Source: the human T2T-CHM13v2.0 reference genome, Homo sapiens. From it: a stretch of DNA of 64,000 bases. The position numbers and the translations under genes were made by a program. Where the stretch lies: assembly GCF_009914755.1 (NCBI RefSeq), contig NC_060937.1. One strand, given 5' to 3'. How positions within the stretch are numbered: the first letter of the stretch is position 1; every line of letters begins with the position of its first letter. Shown here one piece after another: positions 52,176 through 64,000 of the stretch. Below the pieces are notes generated by a model that was not told the DNA's origin, did no database searches, and saw only the letters and a list, made by a program, of their open reading frames with translations.

Positions 52176-54712
52176 TGCTACTGATTTGTGGACATTGATT
52201 TTGTATCCTGAAACTCTAATGAATTTGTTTACGAGATCTAGGAACTTATTGGATGAGTTCAGGGTTTTCTAGGGTACAATCCTATCATCAGAGAACAGCA
52301 ACAGTTTGACTTCGTCTTCTCCAATTTGTATGCTCTTTATTTCTTTCTCTTGTCTGACGGCTCAGGATAGGACTTCCAGTACTATGCTGAATAAAAGTGG
52401 TGAAAGTGTTTGTCTGAAAAAGACTGTGCCTTTCCTTCATTTATGAAGCTTAGTTTTTCTAGATAGAAAATCCTTGGCTGATAATTATTTTGTTTTAGGA
52501 AGCTGAAGATAGGATCCTCATGCCTTCTAGTTTGTAGGGTTTCTGCTAAGAAGTCTGCTGTTAACCTGATCAGTTTTCCTTTATTGGTTACCTGGTGTTT
52601 TTCCTCACAGCTCTTAATATTATTTTCTTCATCTTGACTTTAGATAACCTGATGACTATGTGCCTAAGTGGTGATCTTTTTGCAATGAATTTCCCAGGTG
52701 TTCTTTGAGCTCCTTGTATTTGGATGTCTAGACCTCTAGCAAGGCCGGGGAAGTTTTCCTCAATTGTTCCCCCACATATGTTTTCCAAACTTTTAGATTC
52801 CTCTTCTTCCTTAGGAACACCAATTATTCTTAGGTTTGGTCATTTAACATAATCCCAACCTTCTTGGAGACTGTGTTCTTTTTTTTTATTTTTATTTTTT
52901 ATCTGTCTTTGTTGGATTGGGTTATTTCGAAAACCTAGTCTTCGAGCTCTAAAGTTCTTTCTTCAGCTTGTTTGATTCTATTGCTGGGGCTTTCCAGTAC
53001 ATTTTGCATTTCTCTAAGTATGTCTTTTATTTCCTGAAGTTGTGTTTTTTAATTTATGGCATCTATTTCACTGAAGATTTCTCCCCTCATACCTTGTATT
53101 TTTGTTTTTATTTCCTTAAGTTGGACTTCAACTTTCTCTAATGCCTCCTTGCTTAGCTTAACAATCAAATTTCTGAATTCTTTTTCTGGCAATTTAGGGA
53201 TTTCTTCTTGGTTTGGACCCATTGTTGGTGAGCTAGTGTGATTTTTTGGGGAGTGTTAAAGAACTTTGTTTTGTCACATGACCAGAATTGTTTTTCTGAT
53301 TCTTTCTCATTGTGGTAGGCTATGTCAGAGGAAAGATCTGAGGTTAAAGGCTGCTGTTCAGATTCGTTTGTTCCACAGAGTGCTCCCCTGATACATTACT
53401 CTCCCCCTTTTCCTGGCAATGTGGCTTCCTGAGAGCTGAATTGTAGTGACTGTTATTTCTCTTCTGGATCTAGCCACCCAGCAGGGCTACCAGGCTCTGG
53501 GCTGGTACTGAGGGGTATCTGCACACAATCTTGGGATGTGAATCACCTTCAGGTCTCTCAGCTGTGGATACTTTGGTGGAGGTGGCAGGGGAGTGAAATG
53601 GACTCTGAGCGGGTCCTTAGTTGTAGTTGTTTTATACACTAGTTTTGTGCTGGTTGGCCTCCTGCCAGGAGGTGATGCTTTCAGGACAGCATCAGGTGTG
53701 GTAAGTATAGGGGAGGATCAGTAGATGGGCAAGGCCCTAGAACTCCCAAGAGAATATGACCTTTGTCTTCGGCTACCCGGGTGGGAGGGGAAGAACCATC
53801 AGATGAGAATAGGGTTAGATGTATCTGAGCTAGGACTCTCCTTGGGTGGGGCTTGCTGCTACTTCTGTGGGGGATGGCGGTGTGTTTCCTACGTCAATAG
53901 AGTTATGTACCGAGGAGTATCATGGCTGCCTCTTCTGTGTCATGAAGGTTGTCAGGGAAGTGAGGGAAAGCTTGCAGTTTCAGGCCTCACCCAGCTCCCT
54001 CACAACCCAAAAGGCTGGTCTTATTCTCACTGTGCACTCCCACAACAGCACGGAGTTTGTTTCCAGGCAGTGAGTGAGCAGGGCTGAGAACTTGCCCCAG
54101 GCTACCACCCTCTCAGCTGAGAATGCAAGCAGGGCTTTCACATCTTTCCGCCTGTGGAGTCTGCACTCTGGATTCATGATTTCCCCTGAGCTCTGGCCAG
54201 GACACTTCCAATCTGTTTGGAATTGTTACCAAGTTCAGCTGGAGGTTTCCCTCTCCCTGTGTTTTTTTCCCCAGTTCCTCTGGCAGCTGTCCCCAAGGGG
54301 ACCCCAGTGAGACAAGTCAGAAATGGCTTTCCGGAGGACCCACAGGGCTTTTACAATTGCCTCCTCTACCCCGTATTTCACTTGGCTCTCCAAATTGTCT
54401 CACCTCCAGGTAATTTTATGGTCAAATCCTTTTCCCGTAATCCGCCTCAGGTTCCCCAGTGCAGGTCTGTATTTGGGGGAGGATGATTCCTTTTTCCCAC
54501 TTTCACAGTTTGGCACTCACAGTATTTGGCTGTCTCCTCGGTCCTGCAGGAACCATCTGCTTCCTTCAAAGGGTCTGTGGATTCTCTTGCCTTTCCTGGT
54601 TTATTTCTGCAGTAGTTCTTGGAGCAGAAGTTCACAATGTGAGTCTCCACATACTGCTCTGTCTGTCCCAGTGGGAGCTACGATTTAGTCCTGCCTCTTA
54701 TCTGCCTTTTTT
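52176..54712 (-). mobile_element. L1PB/old L1PA: 5'UTR + ORF1 joined to a short RT fragment; 3' end absent
   Basis: ORF1 remnant EENFPGLARGLDIQIQGAQRTPGK...RHIVIRLSKV. RT-region sequence at 52176-52408. Confidence 0.85.
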
Positions 54713-54989
54713 TTGCTACTAAATTCTTATTTTCCATTCCTATTGGTATATTATTGTAAGACTGATTTCTATGTTAAGATTTTGATTAAAACAAAACATC
54801 AAAACAGTTTGGAGAGTTATATAGATTTCATTTTGTTCTGTTTCCTTTTTTCTATTTTACATTTGTTCTGATTATATTTACTGAAATGTAATTTTATGTT
54901 TGTTGAATCTAATAATAAAAAATTTGTTTCTATTTTGTGTGTATAATGTTTAATCTCATTTTATTTTTTATAACATTTTTATTTTCATA

Positions 54990-55500
54990 ATTGTATCACT
55001 CCACAAAAGACTGGGGAAAAATAACCTTTCAGCTCAGACAGTTGGAAAAGCACTGCCATTAGCTCTTTTTGTGGTGTGGTATTATATATATTTGTCTTAT
55101 TTATTTTTTGCTATATCACTGCCATTTTCATACTCTAAACTTCTAGCATTGCACGCTGCATGTTCCATGCTTTTCGGAAAAGAGTAATGAGTAAATAAAC
55201 TTCCAAGGCACTTGAAGTAAGCAATGAATTCACAACAATGGTTACATATGGTGGCCTTGAGGTTCAGTAACTTCAGGTAGCAAGAAAGAATCACAAATTT
55301 GTGATGTACCCAGGATGAGGGATAATTTGGAGTTCACAGGCAAATGGGAAATGCACATGACATTTACAGTCAAAATTTGGCTTTTTCAGAATTACGCTAG
55401 CTAAACAAAACATGGCTTCAGATTCAACTTTTCCTGCATTTTCAGGACCTCTGGTTAAAACAAAAGGCTTTAAGTAAACAGTTGGAGACAAAATAAGCTA
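54990..55500 (+). pseudogene. DNHD1-like pseudo-exon, stalk CC2 to AAA5 start
   Basis: KDWGKITFQLRQLEKHCH*LF (RAWTTQLQKLKGRCMTVF), KWEMHMTFTVK (QWDGNLKPQAK) and TFPAFSGP (RWPLLLDP). Confidence 0.75.
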
Positions 55501-55599
55501 ATTAAAATGTCTTCTTACTTTTCCTAAAATTGCCTTTAATTGTATCTCTTTCTACATTTTTAGTATCTATCAATCTATCCACCTATCTTCCTCTAAATT

Positions 55600-56110
55600 T
55601 ATCCAAATATCTGATATCTGTTAACTACAATCGGTCTCTTTAGCTGTTGTTCTGAACTTCCAGGTCCGTATAAGACTCAGTATCCAATTAGTATTTCAAA
55701 CACCACAGACTAAAACTGAACTAATCTTACTTTTCTACAAGTCAGTTCCCAAACATGAATTTCACATTTTTATTAGTGCCACAATCTGTTATTCATATTT
55801 CTAAACCTGTAGTCATCTCTGACTTTTGTTACTATCTTTTCATATACTCTATTGGTAATATCACAACATGCCCAGCAGTTACATATTTTTTTCTTTATTC
55901 TGACCTGCTTGTATAATTTCTGACTCAAATGTCCTCAGCCATATTTATATATGCAAATCAAAACAATATCTTAAAGCCCAGCTAAAACGTCATAACTTTT
56001 CTAGTTTCCCTTGATTCTCTCAGCATAAAGTAGTCTCTCCCTCCACTTTACTACTTTAACACTCCATTTTAAACATCTTTTGCTTAGAGAACAACTTTAC
56101 TGTATAATGT
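55600..56110. mobile_element. L2 fragment
   Basis: L2-like atttcaaacaccacagactaaaactgaactaatc. Confidence 0.5.
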
Positions 56111-56129
56111 CATTTTTTATTTTGGAGGC

Positions 56130-56740
56130 AGAGGATGTCATTTATGTCTTTCTGTATATACCATACTATCATGAAAACACTGTCATTTGTATATGGCAAA
56201 ACCAAAGTTTGCGGAAGGAAGTTTTTGCAAAGATTTCTCAAATTACGTTTCTCAGTAATTTTAATGTTATACAAAGATACATACTATAAGAGGAGAGGAG
56301 AGTACATATTTAATACTTTTTCACTTAGACTACTAAACAAATATAAAGGATTATATTGTCATTGAAAATGTTGAAAATTGCATTCCGAACAATAAATGCT
56401 TTTATTTGCTGCAAAATAAAGTATTTTTAAGTCATATGGAAAAAGTTCATCATGTAAGGAGTCATGATGAAAAAGAAGCAATTATTGCAGAGCAATAAAT
56501 AAATGGTTAAACTGGTAAACCAATAAATGAAATGCATTAGCTATCAGAATGGGGAACTTACTGATAATAGCTTGAAGAATGTACACAAACTTGAGGGAAG
56601 ATTTCTACCCTATTTCATACAAAATGTTGATGTCATTAGAAGTTCCAGACACATGAGAAGAGTAAACTGCAAATCCACATGAAAATAGAAGTTTTGTTTT
56701 GTGTTTGTTTCTAAACAAAGCCACTAGATAAAAAGAAAGG
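56130..56740 (+). pseudogene. DNHD1-like pseudo-exon, AAA5
   Basis: YIVIENVENCIPNNKCFYLLQNK at 56352 (PVLLTNVELGLGCEELQWLLQRE) and SFVLCLF (GFCLYLS). Confidence 0.75.
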
Positions 56741-56787
56741 CAAAATGATGATGATATTATCAGTTTCATTTCAAAAAGTACTGTGTC

Positions 56788-57100
56788 AGACGGGCGTGGT
56801 GGCTCACACCTGTAATCCCAGCACTTTGAGTGGCTGAGGCGGGCAGATCATTTGAGTTCAGGAGTTTAAGACCAGCCTGGCCAACATGGTGAACCCACAT
56901 CTCTATTAAAAATACAAAAATTAGCTGAGTGTGGTGGCTCAGGTCTGTAATATCAGCTTCTCGAGAGGCTGAGGCAGGAGAATTGCTTGAACCTAGGAGG
57001 CAGAGGTTGCAGTGAGCCAAGATTGCACCACTGCGCTCTGGCGTGGGCGACAGAGTGAGACTTCATCTCAAAAAAAAAATAAATAAATAAATAAATAAAA
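56788..57100 (+). mobile_element. AluS (Sx/Sz-like)
   Basis: Full dimer. TSD aaaaagtactgtgtca / aaaaagtgctgtgtca. Confidence 0.92.
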
Positions 57101-57109
57101 AAGTGCTGT

Positions 57110-57346
57110 GTCAAACAGAAATAGTTTCAATTCTCTAGAAAATAGTTTTCAACTTTAATATAAGCTTTCAGGCATATATGATAAATGTGCAATATGTTTA
57201 CAAAAGTTAAGAAGTTGGTTCTTAACTTTGGCAAAAGTAAAAGTAAAGTTTAAAGTTGGCAAAAGTAATCATGGTTTTTGCCATTATAGTACCCTCTTAG
57301 AAACAGAAATATTGAAATCATATAATCATGCCATACACAAAGACAG
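57110..57346 (+). pseudogene. DNHD1-like pseudo-exon, AAA5 (MADE1 fragment inserted)
   Basis: KIVFNFNISFQAY (canonical VTLINFTVT..GL) and LETEILKSYNHAI. Donor cag|gtataa at 57347. Confidence 0.5.
57227..57287. mobile_element. MADE1 (Hsmar1-derived MITE) half element
   Basis: gttggcaaaagtaatcatggtttttgccatta matches one arm of the MADE1 palindrome. Confidence 0.75.
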
Positions 57347-57399
57347 GTATAATCTAAAGAAGTAAAGATTATTACAAATATTAACATTAATTCAGAGTT

Positions 57400-59130
57400 A
57401 AATGATTGATTGGTTGATTAATTGATTCAATCAACATTTATAGGGAACCATTACATAGACTACACTCTCCACAGTTGAAAAAAATGTACATAGTATAACC
57501 AATTTCCTCAAGGAATGCAGTCTGGTGAAGGAGACATACATAAAAATAGTTTTAATGCAGGATGTGATTTGTAAAACTTTCTGTAGAAAGCTTTAGGAGC
57601 ATAAAAGAGAGAAAATAACTGAGAATGAGAGAACAAGAATATAAAGAAAAAGCTTTATATAGATGAAGTATTGACTGGCTCTTAAAAGTTGTATTGGTAT
57701 CAATGTGTTTTTGTTGTCTATTGCTTGCAATGAATCACCCAAATTTTAGTGGTTTGAAACATTAACAATTATTTTATATCTTTCACAATTCTGAAGGTTG
57801 CTAGTTTGAGACAGACAATTTTCTTTAGTGGTCTCTCAGGAGTTCATATTCAGATGGAGGTGGAGGCTAGAGTCGTATTGAATTTTTCTTCACTCAAGTG
57901 AATGCTGTTTGATACATTAGATTGACAATTGACTCAGGCCAAATCTGGTGCATTCAGTTAAAAAAAAAAAAAACATAGAAAAAGGAAACTGTACAAGGCC
58001 ATTTTATGTTGTCTGACTTTCTTTGTGGTATCGTGGCTTGGTTCCAGGAGTCAGCATCCCCAGAGAACAAGGCAGATTTTTGTGACATTTTTGTAACCTA
58101 AACTCACGTGTCATTTACCCTCACTTCCATTATATTCTATCAGGTCAGTCACAAAGGATTTCCCAGGTTCAAGGAGAGGACTTTGAAAGAGCATGTGGAA
58201 TAAAACATACTGTGTCAGACATGTTTGGAAAAGACAAGCTGTCACCGTGTGTTTCATATTCAATGTGTGAATGAACGAAGAGAAGTAGGAAACTTCAGCC
58301 AAGTTAGCAGCTTGTAGAGAACATTGTGATTTTCTCGCCATTCATTGTATCTGCCCTAGATTAGATGCCCTTGTGGTTCCAAGGGCTGAGCCAATCAACA
58401 AATTTCATTCCCCTGGCCAGAGTCATTGCTTCAGTTAAGTACCTGCCCCAATTTGCCAAATCTGAAGCAAGCTTAGGACATTCTTCATAATTGAAAAACT
58501 CTTCTCAAACATGGATGAAAGCTTATGTAGCCTAACAACTATTTGAAGTCATTTTAAGTTCATGAATAGTAATGCATCAAACTGAATTTGAAACTATGAG
58601 TGGCAGAGAGGACAGATGAGAAGTTTTACATTTGTGACATTACTGAGTCACTGGAATGGGCAAACGCTGAAGTCCACACTGCCTTCCAAGTATGTGAGTT
58701 AATAAATTTTACATGATTTAAGCCAGTTACCATGGAGTTTACTAGAAACATAAACACTCCGCAGTAAATGATTTGGACTTCACCTTGTTAAGAACGTGAT
58801 ATAATTAATGAATTTGTAATGCAAGAGGTGGATTGATCTGATATTTGCCCTAGGAGGATCAGCTTAGAAGCAATATGGAACACATGTTGGAAAGAGACAT
58901 AACTGCAGACCAGTTATGAGATGTGAACTGTACCAGTTTTTAGGAGGCTTAGAGTGGAGATGGCATGTGAAATGAGAGAGTCATTAGGAGGTATATCTGA
59001 TTTTTAAAATCATAGGATTCTGTTGAAAGTAACTGGCTATATAGTAGTGGTATAATTCAAAAAAATATGCAACATAAGAAAAGCTAGATTCAGGGAAAAA
59101 CAAAATGTTTCTAGTTTAATATGGATATGC
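57400..59130. mobile_element. Cluster of old repeats (L2, MLT1, other LTR fragments)
   Basis: attcaatcaacatttatag (L2 end); ctattgcttgcaatgaatcacccaaattttagtggtttgaaac (MLT1). Confidence 0.6.
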
Positions 59131-59149
59131 AGAGAAAAAAATTTTTTCT

Positions 59150-60871
59150 CTCCCTAGATTTCTGAATATACTTTTTTTATTTTATTTAAAAATATGTCTT
59201 TGAATAGCTGCCCTGCTATGGCTTTTATGAATATAGAGAATCCATCTTGAGTTCAGGAGAGGACAGAATTGTAGGCAAGACACAGACCTTGTTTTTGAAG
59301 TGGTTTAGAAAGATTTTTTAAAATAATTTTGTTAATAGACATATTGATTTTGCATTGTGTCTTAACATATTTCATAAAATTAACAGTGGAATTTAGGGTG
59401 GGATGCTTTCTATTACTGCTTCTCATGCTTTCATCTTCATCTCAGTACTTCAGCACCACATAATAATCATTTTTTATGCATTAAATGAGAACTAAAATAA
59501 CTAATACAAGATCTTTCCTGCTACCTCATAAAAATTGCTACTCCCCAAATAAGTTAGTGCCCTGTAACTAAAATATTTATAAATATAAAGAACATTTTCA
59601 AAAGGATTCCAATTACCAGGGAGAGGCCAGAGGTCTCAGACAATTCTTTCCTGGGGCATGCACTGAGGAAGATTATATTGCCCTCCTAGGTATTTAAACA
59701 ATTTCCTGACTGGTAAACTGTAATCCTGGATAAAGTGTGCCTAGATATTAGCAGCTTGGGTTTGCTGTTATTTCTGTTATTTTCCCTGCTGAGTGGAAAC
59801 TAAATATAATCTTCCTAGGTGACAAATAAGTCCCAGTTAGGCAGTGCACACTAAGTCATCTTAGATGTAGCTTCCAAATTTTATGGATATACTTGGCACA
59901 TGCTAAAATATTGTTTAAAATTGAATAATTTATCTTATCTACTTGAATAAAATTGTTTCAGTGACTCTGCTGTGATTACTATTATGATTGTATCTCTTCT
60001 TACTCAAATTCTAAGAAAATATCCTGCTAGTTCTGGAATACAGACAGTATTATTTGTCCTCCCAAGTAATATTAGAATACCAGAGGAAAAAGCTTTATAA
60101 CCCCCAACAGAGTTTAGATATGGCTCCTTTATAGGCGGATGTAAAAATTATAATACAGTAATATAATTTAGATACACAGTGGTAGGTCTGAAAAAGAAAC
60201 AAGTTCAAATTTACTATTTTTTCCCTTGGAACAAACATCAAGATAAAATTGTAGTTAAGAACAAATAAACTGATATCTTACTCCTCAAAGTTTCTAGAGC
60301 TTAAGGTTTTGATCAACTTTATATTAGGTATAACAATACTGAACTATTATTTTCAGATAACTTTTAAAAACCACAACTCTTTTATATTTGACCTCTCTCT
60401 GTTCACCTTTCTCTTCTCCAACCATGGCAAATCTATAAAACCAATTTTCTTTTCTTATTGTATTATTCTGTTAAAAAAGTTTCTATTTTCCAGTGGACAC
60501 AGGCTGACATTACAACTGGATTAACACGAACATGATTTATTCCCTCCTATGACTTTTTTAGGAAGCTAGCCTAATTGCTGCCATTGTTATTAAGACTACT
60601 ACAATAAGTCAAAGTGTTTGTCTCCCCAGAGACAGTATTAAGAAAATATACTCTGCAGGTGTCTTTTCACGACCCTGAAAGAAACTTGTACATAAAATTT
60701 TGCATCCTAGTTTCCCTCCCCACTATAGCTCCAGGAAGCACTATTGCTAAATTGGTTAAGCTGGAATTGGTACTGACAGAGGACAAGAAACCAACCAAAA
60801 AGAGTTACCTGAAATTTAAGCCAGTCCTAGATGCCAGCTGGTATCCAAGGAAAAATTCCATCCAAATTTAG
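59150..60871 (+). pseudogene. DNHD1-like pseudo-exons, AAA6 C-half, lid and C-terminal domain
   Basis: DF*IY at 59157 (DFRLW), FFPGACTEEDYIALL (FYGGPLGDTEDREAL), FPWNKH at 60221 (LPWRPH), IFDLSLF at 60384 (VFHLSAF), NF-CILVSLPT near 60700 (dynein terminal TNFV..V.LPT). Confidence 0.8.
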
Positions 60872-61453
60872 GCTATTGCAATTTAAAAGTGCCTTTATAT
60901 GATCTAAATCAAAACATGTTTTGAAAAATGCTTTCTTTAGAAATGTTGTATTAAGAGCAAGTCTCCACAGATAAGGAATGACTAAAAGTAGTTACATAAT
61001 TCAGTGAAGATACTGTAATGCAATACTTTAGCTTTTCTCTGTTGAATCTCTTTGAAATAATTAATTAATTTAGGACTATCACAACCTTTGATAAAGAGGG
61101 AGTAATTAATTATAGTATTCAGTTCAATTTCAATAGACAGTATTTTTTTCTGCTTTCTATATTATTAATGTCCTCATCCCCCACTTTCACTTCTTTTCTC
61201 ACTGCCTCCCATTGTTGTTTTGTTAATATCTATTTTCATTCACAATCAATGATAGTGATCTATTTATATCTCTATCTATATATATATCTATATCTACATC
61301 TATACCTATATCTAATTCCAGGTTTACTTGTTTTCTTTTTCGTTCAATACTTTGCTTTTAACTTATATCCATGATGTTGAGTGAGTGTACATTCAGTTTA
61401 TTGATTAAAACAACTGCATGGTACTACGTGGTAAATACTCAGTTTGCTACCTA

Positions 61454-62255
<802 letters not shown>

Positions 62256-63765
62256 CTATATCCATTCTGTTACATATATGTAAGTCCAGTGAAGCTTATA
62301 AATATTTAGTAATTATAAAATTGGTAAATCAGAGTTTAAATAAAATAATAAATTATATATTATATCAAATATCTTCATGTATAAACTACTGTTTGGCTTA
62401 AAGATGTGATCATGCAGCAGTACTCAAGTCTTGAAACACAAATGACATATATTTGATACCCATTTGATACATGTTTTTATTAAAGACACATACATATTCA
62501 TAACAAATGCATGCAAAGTCAGAAAAAAGTGTAAATCACATGTATGAGATTTTGTAGAAAAAAATCCTAGGAAAATACATATAATATGTTCTATATCACA
62601 TTTCAAGTAAGTGTGTTTGTGTGTATTTGTTTAGTTTTAAATTTATACATGAATATATATATATATATTTTAAGGCGTCTGCTTCCATCAAATTTACTGT
62701 ATGAAATATAATTTATATTTTTAACTTAGCACTCTTGGAATAAGCATGCTTTTATACTAAAAAATAAAATTGAAGGAAAAATAAATAATTTTCTAAATGA
62801 ATTGGAACATTATTAGTAGGATTTGCCAAACTAATAAGATGTTGTATGTAGCTATCTTTTGGAAAAGTCAACTAGAAACACAAATAGAAATTAATATGAG
62901 ACACTTCTATTGGGAATTGCAAGCATGTATTATATCCAGTGGGAAAGTGAGAGAAAGAAAAATACTTGAAAGAACTTTGAAAAATGAGGATACCTGACTA
63001 ATAAAACGTATTTTCTTTCTGTCAATCCTTCTCAATTATTGCGGTAAAACTTGAATTATTCAGGTAGAATTTATTCCTATCACAATTCTATTTTCAACTA
63101 GCAAGGTTAATATGAGAAACAGGAAATAATTGAATGCCTCCATTTATTAATTTTTATTTGGTAGTCTAACTTGCTAGGTTTGCAAAGTGTTCAGACTGAG
63201 TGCTATATATCAATTTAAGAATGCTCCCTGGATTCTTTTCCAGTGCATTTATAGTGCCAAGGATGCATTGATCAAATGCACAAACCAATAAAGTTACTTT
63301 AAAAGAATATCATTAATCCAGAGTTGTGACATGATAAAGTTCCAGGCAAAAAGAGAAAGAATTACTCTGTTATGTATTTTTAAAAGATGATTTATGAAAT
63401 AAGTCAAATGATGCTACACTAGGAATAAATATTTTTAAAAGAAATGCTTTCTCACTTTAATTTTAATGGCTTTTTGAGGCCCCAAACCAATTATCGTTTA
63501 AGTAAAAAATCATTATATAATATAAAATATAGAACCAATGAGATAAAAAAATACTCATAAAACCACTACACCAACAGAATTACTTAGCAGAGTGAATAAT
63601 TATTACTGTTTTTTCCCATCTCACAGAGATGCAATCACAGAAAATAAAATTGTGTGTACTTTGTTTGTGTGCTTTGGGTTTATATAGACTTATATGTAGT
63701 TTCCATGTTGCCACATAGTCTTTATTGACTTCAATTTAAATGGATACAGACACAAGCTAAAGTAA

Positions 63766-64000
63766 ATACAAGGGGACTTCAAAAAGTGTGTGGAAAATGG
63801 AATTAAAAGATAAAATAAAAATACAAACTTTATTTATTAACATAAACTCCATCAAGTTCAAGACACATTTTAAGCAATAATGTTAGTCATTTAGTTCATT
63901 CCTTAAGAATTGAAGGTCCTGGGAATTTGGCCATGTCAATGCAGTCTTTTCTGCGTTATTGCCCAAAGATAAATGGACAGCCTTTAAATATATATTTTTA
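63766..64000. mobile_element. HSMAR2 mariner end (continues past window)
   Basis: tacaaggggacttcaaaaagtgtgtggaaaat resembles the HSMAR2 TIR after a TA target. Confidence 0.8.

Larger units (their letters stand above)
101..60871 (+). pseudogene. Unprocessed (unitary-type) pseudogene of a DNHD1-like dynein heavy chain; 5' part probably lies upstream of the window
   Basis: About 20 decayed exon remnants in correct domain order (tail, linker, AAA1-4, stalk, AAA5-6, C-terminus), many bounded by AG/GT. All carry stops/frameshifts and several are interrupted by TEs. Similarity judged against recalled DNHD1 and canonical dynein motifs. Confidence 0.88.

Noticed and set aside
53725-54722. Cluster of 65-121 aa ORFs
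   Set aside because: L1 5'UTR sequence.
101-60871. Calling the locus DNHD1, DNAH14 or another functional dynein gene
   Set aside because: Pervasive stops, frameshifts and TE insertions, and only remote similarity to DNHD1, so no gene symbol is assigned.

Overview
AT-rich, repeat-dense primate (human-like) genomic DNA with no intact, recognisable protein-coding gene. The supplied ORFs are either transposon-derived (L1, Alu, Tigger1, LTRs) or short fragments. Main result: the unique sequence between the repeats, translated on the + strand through stops and frameshifts, gives about 20 decayed, colinear exon remnants from ~100 to ~60,870. They trace most of a dynein heavy chain (tail end, DHC_N2 linker, AAA1-AAA4, stalk, AAA5, AAA6, C-terminal domain), most similar to DNHD1. 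This looks like an ancient intron-containing unitary pseudogene of a lost DNHD1 paralogue. Interleaved on the - strand (45,326 to 32,402) is a second, less certain chain of splice-site-bounded exon remnants resembling an EGF-repeat single-pass membrane protein. Its last five exons are phase-compatible, and an LTR12 promoter lies just upstream in the same orientation. All protein comparisons were made by eye against dynein/DNHD1 sequence recalled from memory and need tblastn/HMM confirmation. Repeat subfamily names and many boundaries are approximate.
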